Both the position numbers and the translations under genes were made by a program. This document shows, piece after piece, positions 56,357-64,000 of a DNA stretch of 64,000 nt. Under the pieces are notes generated by a model. The model was not told where the DNA came from, ran no database searches, and saw only the letters and a program-made list of their open reading frames with translations. Numbering within the stretch: the stretch's first letter is position 1; each line of letters starts with the position of its first letter. The DNA is from Ignavibacteriae bacterium HGW-Ignavibacteriae-4 (GTDB lineage Bacteria; Bacteroidota; Ignavibacteria; Kapaibacteriales; UBA2268): contig PGYR01000004.1 in the NCBI GenBank assembly GCA_002839765.1, positions 45,055 to 109,054 on the forward strand, read 5' to 3'.

Positions 56357-57526
56357 CTATTTATCCCTATCTTCTAACCAACTTCTGTAATACTCTTCGT
56401 CTTCACAATCATTTACATTGTAAGTAGGGTAGAGTGCCCCAAATGTATCAAGCATTATTGCATATTCTTCAGTCTCTTTTGCTCCTATAGATGCTTCAGT
56501 TCTACCTGGTTGAGGGCCATGTGGTAATCCAATCGGGTGTAGAGTAATAGAACCTTCGACTACCCCTGTGCGTGACATAAAGTCCCCCTCTACGTAGTAC
56601 AACATTTCTGCACTATCTACATTCGTATGGAAGTATGGTGCTGGTATAGCATCCGGATACCAATCGAATGGACGTGGATTGAAGTTACACAATACGAAAT
56701 GCTCTGTATTATATAGCAAATGAATAGGTGGTGGTAAGTGAATACGACCAACTTTAGGGTGATAATCACGAATATTGAACGCCCAAGGGTAGTGATAACC
56801 GTCCCATCCCACAATATCGAATGGATGATAAGGGTGTACATATTCGTACATCTTTTTACCAGCTTTTAATCTGATTGTAAACTCGCCTTTCTCATCATGT
56901 ACTTCTAACTCGGATGGAATTTTGAAATCACGCTCACAGTAAGGAGCATCCTCACTACACTGACCATATTGATTACGATAGTGTTTCGGTATTTCGAAAG
57001 AAGAATCAGATTCAACTATAAATAATTTGTTGTCTTTCAAATCATCGAATACCATTTGGTGAACAGTCCCCATTGGGATAACTATCTGGTCACCAGCAAC
57101 GAAATGAATTACCCCATAATCAGTTAGTAATTTGCCACTACCTCTATGAACGAATATAAACTCACTAGCATAAGCATTTTTGTAGAAATCTTTCGGGTTT
57201 TTATTAGGGTGCGCAGTATATACTACTACATGGTCATTACGTAAATATGGGATACGTGAATCGAAAAAATCACCGTCTTTTTTCAGCTTTTCAGTATAGA
57301 AATGTATATGCTTAACAGGTGGATTTTCCCATAGTTTTAGGTCAAAATCAGGTAGCTCATTTATCCTAAGTACTTTCGTCGGAGGATGAATATGATACTT
57401 GTTGCTATAGACATCCGAAAATCCTTTTGTGCTTACTAATTCTTCGGTGTATAGACTACCATCAGTCTTTCTGAATGCTGTGTGTTTAGGGCTTGGCATA
57501 ATCCCTAGCTTATGATAAAACGGCAT
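56357..57526 (-). CDS. hmgA: homogentisate 1,2-dioxygenase
   Basis: N-terminus MPFYHKLGIMPSPKHTAFRK and the C-terminal iron-site region …HTNVDSAEMLYYVEGDFMSRTGVVEGSITLHPIGLPHGPQPG. Confidence 0.8.
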   Translation of the reverse strand: MPFYHKLGIMPSPKHTAFRKTDGSLYTEELVSTKGFSDVYSNKYHIHPPTKVLRINELPDFDLKLWENPPVKHIHFYTEKLKKDGDFFDSRIPYLRNDHVVVYTAHPNKNPKDFYKNAYASEFIFVHRGSGKLLTDYGVIHFVAGDQIVIPMGTVHQMVFDDLKDNKLFIVESDSSFEIPKHYRNQYGQCSEDAPYCERDFKIPSELEVHDEKGEFTIRLKAGKKMYEYVHPYHPFDIVGWDGYHYPWAFNIRDYHPKVGRIHLPPPIHLLYNTEHFVLCNFNPRPFDWYPDAIPAPYFHTNVDSAEMLYYVEGDFMSRTGVVEGSITLHPIGLPHGPQPGRTEASIGAKETEEYAIMLDTFGALYPTYNVNDCEDEEYYRSWLEDRDK

Positions 57527-57743
57527 TTTTAGTTTCTCTCTTTTATTTGATTTTCATTTTACTAATATAATAATTATTTAGAGACAGGAAAGTATTTTTT
57601 ATTGTTTTGGGAGAGTGTTTTTTGAAAGTCATTCAGAAGAATAAGGAGTATAACGAGTTGTTCTGAAGAATCCAGGTAGAAGTATAAAAAAAAAGCCGAA
57701 CAATGTCCGGCTCTGTAATTTATATTTATGTTATGTAAATCAT

Positions 57744-58637
57744 TTATTCACCATTAGGAACGTGATATCGTAATGCTAAATAACCGTCATACTCTGGATA
57801 GATTATTAAATTATTGCCTGCTACATAAATGTAAGTTGCTGTATTAAAAATAGAAAGATACTCCATCGAATTAACACAAGCCATTTCTGTAACACTTCCT
57901 GGTATCAGTTTTATCATATTATTATTTAACTCATATTTACCATCGAAGCTGTTACAGTTTGAGATTCCTTTATAAGTCCCATCTTCAAAAAATTCTATCT
58001 GATAAACAAATTGATAAAACTTAGTTTCTTCATCTTCATACCAAAAATCAAATGGCAATTCATAACCCCCAATTGCAGCAACATCATACAATTTCCATTT
58101 CTTGTTGATTAGGTTTTTCTTTTGAAACTCGTAAGTTTTGTCTCTTACATATTCTAATCCAGAGAACTCCTCAAAATCAGAATGGAACATAAGCGTATTT
58201 TCAGTGGCATTGTAAGTAGGAGAATTATCGAGGATTGAAATTAATTCTTCTTGAAAAGCACAACCTATTTTGGTTCTACCTCTATAGAAATCCAATTGTA
58301 TATTATTACCATCTATCTTGTAGTCACATTCTGTAGAGTTGCAGCCATCAGTTCCTCTTAAGTAAGTATCTGTAGTAAAGTGGAGGTAATAATTTTGGAG
58401 AAATTCATCCTCTTTTACACCTACTATTTGATTTATACTTTTTACCGTCCCATCTTTGAAATGTACATTTTTTAGTACCCAATTCGTACCAATAAAGTTT
58501 GTTAATTGCGTTTCTACTGGTTCGGTTGTCATTTTTTTACACGAAGTAAATAGTGACATTAGCAGTATTACAAAAATTATTTTTTTCATATTATATCTCT
58601 CAATCTGTTTTAATATAACTAAATAGATACAAAACAC
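57744..58637 (-). CDS. lipoprotein with two META (HslJ-like, DUF306) domains
   Basis: Lipobox LFTSCKK. META-type GCN motifs (GTDGCNSTECDYKIDGNNIQLDF; GISNCNSFDGKYELNNNMIKL…TEMAC). Confidence 0.55.
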   Translation of the reverse strand: MFCIYLVILKQIERYNMKKIIFVILLMSLFTSCKKMTTEPVETQLTNFIGTNWVLKNVHFKDGTVKSINQIVGVKEDEFLQNYYLHFTTDTYLRGTDGCNSTECDYKIDGNNIQLDFYRGRTKIGCAFQEELISILDNSPTYNATENTLMFHSDFEEFSGLEYVRDKTYEFQKKNLINKKWKLYDVAAIGGYELPFDFWYEDEETKFYQFVYQIEFFEDGTYKGISNCNSFDGKYELNNNMIKLIPGSVTEMACVNSMEYLSIFNTATYIYVAGNNLIIYPEYDGYLALRYHVPNGE

Positions 58638-58675
58638 AAAAGCCGAACTTCAAGTCTGACTTTGTAATTCGGAAG

Positions 58676-60118
58676 TTATCTTGCTCTTTCAAACTCTAAT
58701 GCTTTGAAATTATCAAGAGAAGAATAGATAACTAATTTCTTCGCGTCAGCCATAAATGTTGTAGAGTTATTCAATATTCTATCATAGTCTGCTGAAAATT
58801 TACAACCTACTTCTGTTATGCTCCCAGCAACTATTTCGATAGTGTTTTGTTCTATTTTATAAGTACCACCATAAGTATTGCAACCAGAGAACCCGCTAAG
58901 CAGATTGTTCTCTTTGAAATCTAATAAAAAGTGATTGAATGTAGTATTAGAGCCATTACTAACTAATATCTTTTCAATTGGTACAATTTCTCCACTAGGA
59001 TAATGTACGTTTCGTAGTTGCCATTTAGTATTTTCAAGAGGATATTCTTCTCGCTCAAATACTCTCTCAAATTCTAATCCTGAATATTCATCATGATCTG
59101 AATTTATTATTAAGGTACTTTCAGTTGCTTTGTAAGTAGTGGACTTATCTAATATAGCAGGGAATTCACCTGTGAATGGACAATAAACATAAGTCATACC
59201 TCCAAAGAAATTCATTTCTATTTTATTCTGGTCTAACTTATATTTGTATTTAATGCCGTTGCATCCTGATATCCCGTGTATTTCATCGTTTGAAATAAAG
59301 TCTAGAACAAAATTATTACTCCCAGGTAAATTACCAACACTTGTTATCTCATTGATACTCTTCACACTTCCGTCTTTATAATAAACATTCTTCAATCGCC
59401 ATTTGGTACCTACAAACTCCTTCAGCTCATCAGTTGGCTTTATCAAATCACTTATCAAATCGAAGCCGCTAACATCGCCCAACCAAGGATTCATTCCATA
59501 GTGTCTTACCATTCCATATTTAGAATTGTATGCAAATAAGAGTCCCATACCATCATAGTGAGTTGGTGTGAAATCTGAACTAACGTCTAGTCTGTCATAT
59601 TCTTTGCCTTTTACTTTGTAGTCACTGACATAGCCATCATAAGCAGCAGTGCTATTCATCTCACCAACTCTCCAATCCATAAAAGGTACATTTTTTGCAT
59701 TTCCTAATGGTAGAGAAACAGTGTCTTTGTAGCCCAATAGAGGACTGCTTGTTGTTCTTTCCGTTACTAAAAGAACTTTATCTGAATCTTTGAATAATGT
59801 AATTATTCGAAGTGGTTGGTTGTTTGCTTCATCACCAAAATAGTCACCGGACAACCGCTCAGTTATCTCAAAAGTAACTCTATTTATTTGTTTCGTTATT
59901 TCCCAATAGATAGTATCTCTAGTATAAGAGATTGGAGAAGGTGTAGCTTCCCAATAGCCCTTCGCGTAGAAATGGACAAAGCTACTTTTCTGCCCCACGG
60001 CTGGGGATTCGAACTGGATAAATCCAGCATCTTCTTGCGGTTCGCCTGGTCCAGTGTTAGGATCCTTACATGCCGTGAATATCATCACCGCCATTAATAA
60101 ATATAATAATTTTTTCAT
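58676..60118 (-). CDS. lipoprotein with two META (HslJ-like) domains plus N-terminal extra domain; paralog of 57744..58637
   Basis: Lipobox IFTACKD. GISGCNGIKYKYKLDQNKIEMNF and GFSGCNTYGGTYKIEQNTIEIVAGSITEVGC. KWRLKNVYYKDGSVKSINEI parallels NWVLKNVHFKDGTVKSINQI in the paralog. Confidence 0.55.
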   Translation of the reverse strand: MKKLLYLLMAVMIFTACKDPNTGPGEPQEDAGFIQFESPAVGQKSSFVHFYAKGYWEATPSPISYTRDTIYWEITKQINRVTFEITERLSGDYFGDEANNQPLRIITLFKDSDKVLLVTERTTSSPLLGYKDTVSLPLGNAKNVPFMDWRVGEMNSTAAYDGYVSDYKVKGKEYDRLDVSSDFTPTHYDGMGLLFAYNSKYGMVRHYGMNPWLGDVSGFDLISDLIKPTDELKEFVGTKWRLKNVYYKDGSVKSINEITSVGNLPGSNNFVLDFISNDEIHGISGCNGIKYKYKLDQNKIEMNFFGGMTYVYCPFTGEFPAILDKSTTYKATESTLIINSDHDEYSGLEFERVFEREEYPLENTKWQLRNVHYPSGEIVPIEKILVSNGSNTTFNHFLLDFKENNLLSGFSGCNTYGGTYKIEQNTIEIVAGSITEVGCKFSADYDRILNNSTTFMADAKKLVIYSSLDNFKALEFERAR

Positions 60119-61371
60119 TTTACAGTTACCTCAAAATTCTTAGAAATCGGTATGTTTGTTTTTAAAATTCTTATAAATGTAAAAGCATCATAGCTTTTAG
60201 TGTCGCCAGTTATATCGGGGTAGAATATCGCCTTGCCTAGTATCCCCCAATCATCTCTTCTTAGATAATCTAATTCACTTTTCAATGAAGTAGTTTGCAT
60301 TGTTGGTGATTTGATTACAAGCAAATCAAAGAACTCAAAATCCACTTCGAGGTTACTTGGATTCATATCATCACTTGAAACAATTACACCAAATAACTCT
60401 GCCATATTAGACACTTTTAAGACCTTGGAGCTTGTCTTTTCACTTACTACCTTATTTAAAGTTCTATAGTTTTCGTAGTAGAACTTACCAGCAGGGAATA
60501 CATTATTTGTAATTATAGTTGGATTAAAATATATTGGTAATCCTGTCTTTTTTATTTTTACGAAATGGTTGGAGTGCTTACCCGAATTTGCATCTGTTTT
60601 TATCATCAAGAAATTAGAATTAACAATTATTCTACTACCTTGTTGTTTTATGTCTGTGATATTATACTTATGAATTCCTGTATTAAAATTACTGTTACCT
60701 ACACTTATAACCATTTCTGTAGTAAAGTCAACTCCATTTATGAAGTCAGTTTCGGCTAGTTTATATTCATTTGCCCATTGTTTGAATTCATCGGCTGTAT
60801 TGAATACTACTTTCCATTTTCTTTTGCCTTCTACAGTAATGTCTTCAGCAATTGTCTTAAATCCATCCAAGTTTTGAACATCACCATCATCTTCGAATCG
60901 TCTGTTAAATTTAACTTTAGTTTGTTTTCTATTCTTAACTAATATAGCCAAAGTGGGTGAGCTAACTCTAGAGTTTAGTCCTAACTTTCTATAAACACTG
61001 TAGTTTAATTGAATTTGCCCCAAATTATCAAGATATATAGAGTCAAGATATATAGTAGCTTTTTCGGAGAATGTATTCCCAGAAATAATTATCAAAATAT
61101 CTTTACTTAAATCTAGATTTAGCAAATTGTCAATGAGTTCTAAATTGTAAGTATTAGAGTTATTTGTTATCACTCTTTTCAATTCTTGATCATCTCTTAT
61201 TATCATTTCATTAATAACTTCTGATTCGAATCCTAGCTCCGTTTGGTCAATTATACGGTATTCCAATACCTCGTTTATATTCCATTTGGTATCTGGCTCA
61301 GTCGGATTTGGCTCTTTGCATGCAGTAAAGAGAAGAATAACAAAAAGCAATATGTAAGAATATTTTTTCAT
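60115..61371 (-). CDS. hypothetical lipoprotein
   Basis: Lipobox LFTACKE. Overlaps the neighbouring genes by 4 bp and 1 bp, consistent with an operon. Confidence 0.4.
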   Translation of the reverse strand: MKKYSYILLFVILLFTACKEPNPTEPDTKWNINEVLEYRIIDQTELGFESEVINEMIIRDDQELKRVITNNSNTYNLELIDNLLNLDLSKDILIIISGNTFSEKATIYLDSIYLDNLGQIQLNYSVYRKLGLNSRVSSPTLAILVKNRKQTKVKFNRRFEDDGDVQNLDGFKTIAEDITVEGKRKWKVVFNTADEFKQWANEYKLAETDFINGVDFTTEMVISVGNSNFNTGIHKYNITDIKQQGSRIIVNSNFLMIKTDANSGKHSNHFVKIKKTGLPIYFNPTIITNNVFPAGKFYYENYRTLNKVVSEKTSSKVLKVSNMAELFGVIVSSDDMNPSNLEVDFEFFDLLVIKSPTMQTTSLKSELDYLRRDDWGILGKAIFYPDITGDTKSYDAFTFIRILKTNIPISKNFEVTVK

Positions 61372-62657
61372 TAGAATTGGACACTTATTCCATAGTTTAT
61401 ACCAATTTTATCAGAGTTGAATCTAACACCTTGATATTGGAAAGACATATTATTATACTCTAGCCCTAATATCATATTCAAATTTTGGTACGGTGAATAC
61501 ATAAATCCACCCATCAAGCGACCAACCACTCCAATCTTATTGCCCCCGACTGTGAACTGAGCAAATGGGTCTATAGTAGCACTCATATCGTAAGTATATC
61601 TACCGAGGAAACTAAGAGTAGTAAAGTTTGGTTCTTGTCTATATAAAAAGTTAATATCGTTTACATCTTTACCATTGAACTCTAGCAAGAAAGTCTCTTG
61701 TCTTAGTTCAGAACCAACGGAAAATCCATTCTCAAAATTGTAAATTATAGAAAGCGAATTATTGTTAAACTGTGATAAATCTGTTTTATTTAATTCATAA
61801 GAGTTAGTGTTGAAAGTCTGACTTCCTTTCCATTCGGCAGACCAGCTACTAGCACCATTTTTGAGTTGTAAGAGCATTGGTTCTATGTTGTTGTCTATTT
61901 TCATTGAGCTTATTTGCTCTTTCAATTGGAGATTAGTAGCTCCAAGTTCACTATATAGTTTTTCGCTTTCTTTTTGCTTTTGGTTTAGATCTTGATAATT
62001 AGCATTATTCATAGTTAGATTGCCTTGCAGTGTGCGGACTTCATATTTGAGAGTAGAAATCTCAGCACTCTGTCTTGATATGATAGCGTCTTTCTCTTCT
62101 GTTTTAGCAGCAAACCCACTTATTTGCTGTTGTAAAGAGTTGTTTACAATCATCGCTCTTTCGTACATTGCTTTGTATTTTTTATCTTCCTTATACACTA
62201 TCACTTCTTTGGAAGAAACCATTGGTGTTTCACGAGGTATTTCCACTACTAATCGCGGAGAAAAATGAGCCGTGTTAACATTCCGTATTTCATTCGTATC
62301 GCTTGTTCCCATTCCCCATAAAATAACAGCAGTAACTACCGCCGAAAGTACTCCAGTTGCCAGAAGTGATTTGAAACCATAACCAACAGCTGCGCCAGCT
62401 GCAGTTGTAACTACTCCACCAGTTACCGCATCGGCTACTGGTATTGATAAACCAAGCATAGCGAAGACAGCTTTTTTAGATTTTTTATTCTTAGTAAAAG
62501 CGTTTCGATTATTTTTGACAGCCGCAGAAATAGCGAGCAAGTTTTTGAACTCACCTCTCATCACTTCGTTTGTTGCCATTTCGTTGAAAAGCTCTTGCTC
62601 TTGCGAAGCGTCCAATTCACCTTCGACGAAACTATTTATCTTCTCAAATTCACTCAT
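61371..62657 (-). CDS. putative anti-sigma factor (cytoplasmic N-domain, one TM, coiled-coil, beta-rich C-terminal domain)
   Basis: Located immediately downstream of the ECF sigma gene. N-terminus MSEFEKINSFVEGELDASQEQELFNEMATNEVMRGEFKNLL, TM helices around residues 70-115, then a Q/N-rich coiled-coil and a C-terminus ending …GINYGISVQF. Confidence 0.45.
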   Translation of the reverse strand: MSEFEKINSFVEGELDASQEQELFNEMATNEVMRGEFKNLLAISAAVKNNRNAFTKNKKSKKAVFAMLGLSIPVADAVTGGVVTTAAGAAVGYGFKSLLATGVLSAVVTAVILWGMGTSDTNEIRNVNTAHFSPRLVVEIPRETPMVSSKEVIVYKEDKKYKAMYERAMIVNNSLQQQISGFAAKTEEKDAIISRQSAEISTLKYEVRTLQGNLTMNNANYQDLNQKQKESEKLYSELGATNLQLKEQISSMKIDNNIEPMLLQLKNGASSWSAEWKGSQTFNTNSYELNKTDLSQFNNNSLSIIYNFENGFSVGSELRQETFLLEFNGKDVNDINFLYRQEPNFTTLSFLGRYTYDMSATIDPFAQFTVGGNKIGVVGRLMGGFMYSPYQNLNMILGLEYNNMSFQYQGVRFNSDKIGINYGISVQF

Positions 62658-62674
62658 AATCTTTACCTTTCGGT

Positions 62675-63247
62675 CTATTTACTTATATCTTTTATATACG
62701 GTTTTAACGTACTTATTATCATTTTTCTAGCTCGCATAACTCTGATTTTTGCTGTTGGCAAAGCGATTGATTCTATTTCAGCTATTTCTCTATACTTCAA
62801 ACCTTCAAACTCTTTGAGCATAAACGCTCTTCTGTACTTATCTTTTAGGAACTCTGTGGACATTATTATCAATTCTAATAGCTCTTTATTCTCATATCCA
62901 ACAGTATTATCACTAGCTATGTCATAGTCCCCAAGTGGAGTATTTCGACTTTCTTGTCTTTTCGAATTCAAACACAAATTGCGTGCAACTTTTATCAAAA
63001 AACCCGGAACATTTGGAAATTCATTTCCTTTCTTTATCGTGTTATAGAAACTGATGAAAGTCTCTTGAACTATATCTTCTGTTTTTGCGTCGTCTCTAAC
63101 CACAGTTGTCACATAAGCTCTCAGCATAGACTCATAGCGATCATATAGCTCACTAAAAGCTATTTCCTCTTTTTGCTTGGTCTCAAACATCTCTGAGATC
63201 AATTCTAAGTCACTATGTTTCTTTAAATTTCTTTTCATAATCCGCAT
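62675..63247 (-). CDS. ECF-type RNA polymerase sigma-70 factor
   Basis: Region 2 (DIVQETFISFYNTIKKGNEFPNVPGFLIKVARNLCLNSKR) and region 4 HTH (YREIAEIESIALPTAKIRVMRARKMI). Confidence 0.8.
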   Translation of the reverse strand: MRIMKRNLKKHSDLELISEMFETKQKEEIAFSELYDRYESMLRAYVTTVVRDDAKTEDIVQETFISFYNTIKKGNEFPNVPGFLIKVARNLCLNSKRQESRNTPLGDYDIASDNTVGYENKELLELIIMSTEFLKDKYRRAFMLKEFEGLKYREIAEIESIALPTAKIRVMRARKMIISTLKPYIKDISK

Positions 63248-63472
63248 TATGTCACTGTCTGATTATAATAACACATGAACTCCAAAAAGGGAACAAAATC
63301 GGTCAACTTTCTATAAATTAATATCCATTGAAGGTAATATACTAAATATTTATCTATAATATGTGATGAACTCCTACCCAAACCAGTCATAAATAAATCA
63401 ATTTATATAAATATTCACAAATAATTTATTATATTTACCAATAATAATTTTTCAAAAAACTCAACAGGAATA

Positions 63473-63988
63473 ATGAAAACACTATTTATATCTATAATCG
63501 TATTGTTTTTTGGGGCAATCTCCCTTCAATCTCAGACTAAAGATACAGTATATGTGGTAACGAAAGATACAGTGTTCGTGAATAAAAAAGCTAAGTTTGA
63601 CCCAATAAATGGAGAAATTGGAGCTGCATTGGGAACACCCGGTGGAATCAACCTAACTGGTGCCATTCATTCGGATAAATTAGTTGTCCGATTATCTGGA
63701 ATGCTTCTTAATACAATTAGTGGGATACAAGTTGATTTGGGCTTTAAGTTTAGTGAAGTCAAACAAACTTATCATGCTCTTTCTTTGGTGGCCGGTATGT
63801 CTAAAATTGAAGATGCAGATTTGAGAGGGTACGGATATAGCATTTATAACACATGGGATTACGTGGGAATAAATTACAATATGAACTCTAAAGGTTTTCT
63901 TTTGGGTGTCGGATTATCAGCAGGTAGCGGTTCTTACTCCAGTCCCCAGCTGTTATTTCAAATAGGATACTCATATCAGATAAGGTAA
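63473..63988 (+). CDS. hypothetical secreted protein, possibly a small outer-membrane beta-barrel
   Basis: Signal peptide; alternating hydrophobic pattern; C-terminus …LLFQIGYSYQIR. Confidence 0.3.
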   Translation: MKTLFISIIVLFFGAISLQSQTKDTVYVVTKDTVFVNKKAKFDPINGEIGAALGTPGGINLTGAIHSDKLVVRLSGMLLNTISGIQVDLGFKFSEVKQTYHALSLVAGMSKIEDADLRGYGYSIYNTWDYVGINYNMNSKGFLLGVGLSAGSGSYSSPQLLFQIGYSYQIR

Positions 63989-64000
63989 GAATAGACTTAC

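Noticed and set aside
1-64000. Looked for tRNA genes (GTTCGAATCC-type T-arms), rRNA fragments and CRISPR arrays.
   Set aside because: No clover-leaf candidates with T-loop/anticodon geometry were found, no long rRNA-like high-GC blocks, and no regularly spaced direct repeats of 25-40 bp with unique spacers.

Overview
The window is AT-rich (about 33% GC by eye) and looks like it comes from a Gram-negative FCB-group bacterium. It encodes a flagellar type-III export operon (fliP-fliQ-fliR-flhB) together with many secreted proteins that carry Bacteroidetes-style T9SS C-terminal sorting domains. That combination suggests an Ignavibacteriae-like lineage rather than Bacteroidetes proper, which lack flagella; this is inference from the sequence only.

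Housekeeping genes present:
- dapD, truncated at the 5' window edge
- serC-serA with a DUF1015 gene
- tdh
- folC
- an IDH-family dehydrogenase
- hmgA
- the heat-shock locus hsp20-hsp20-dnaK

Accessory or unusual content, in order along the window:
- Three secreted-protein genes (two of them close paralogs), each preceded by the same ~60-bp leader carrying a conserved 6-codon uORF whose TGA stop overlaps the main ATG.
- A very AT-rich islet: alpha/beta hydrolase, a LuxR-type regulator with a non-canonical N-domain, a perfect 8-4-8 palindrome in the divergent promoter region, and a methyltransferase-like gene.
- A KilA-N gene bracketed by perfect 19-bp direct repeats.
- A class-II Fic gene.
- tdh translationally coupled to three tandem paralogous GT-C (ArnT/PMT-like) polytopic glycosyltransferases plus a Wzy/WaaL-like membrane protein.
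- Several T9SS cargo proteins: a dockerin-like protein, an M43 metallopeptidase and an ELWxxDGT-repeat protein.
- A YadA-head-like repeat adhesin with internal tandem DNA repeats.
- A Bro-N/DinD-like + GmrSD (DUF262/DUF1524) defence islet.
- An SRAP (YedK) gene.
- An amidohydrolase fused to an Omp85-type beta-barrel.
- A five-gene ECF sigma / anti-sigma / lipoprotein / 2x META-domain lipoprotein operon.

Several intergenic regions are packed with perfect short hairpins (2223-2588, 34700-34870, 36880-37011), and two pairs of terminators are near-identical copies. These may be small ncRNAs or repeat elements. No tRNA, rRNA or CRISPR array was recognised.
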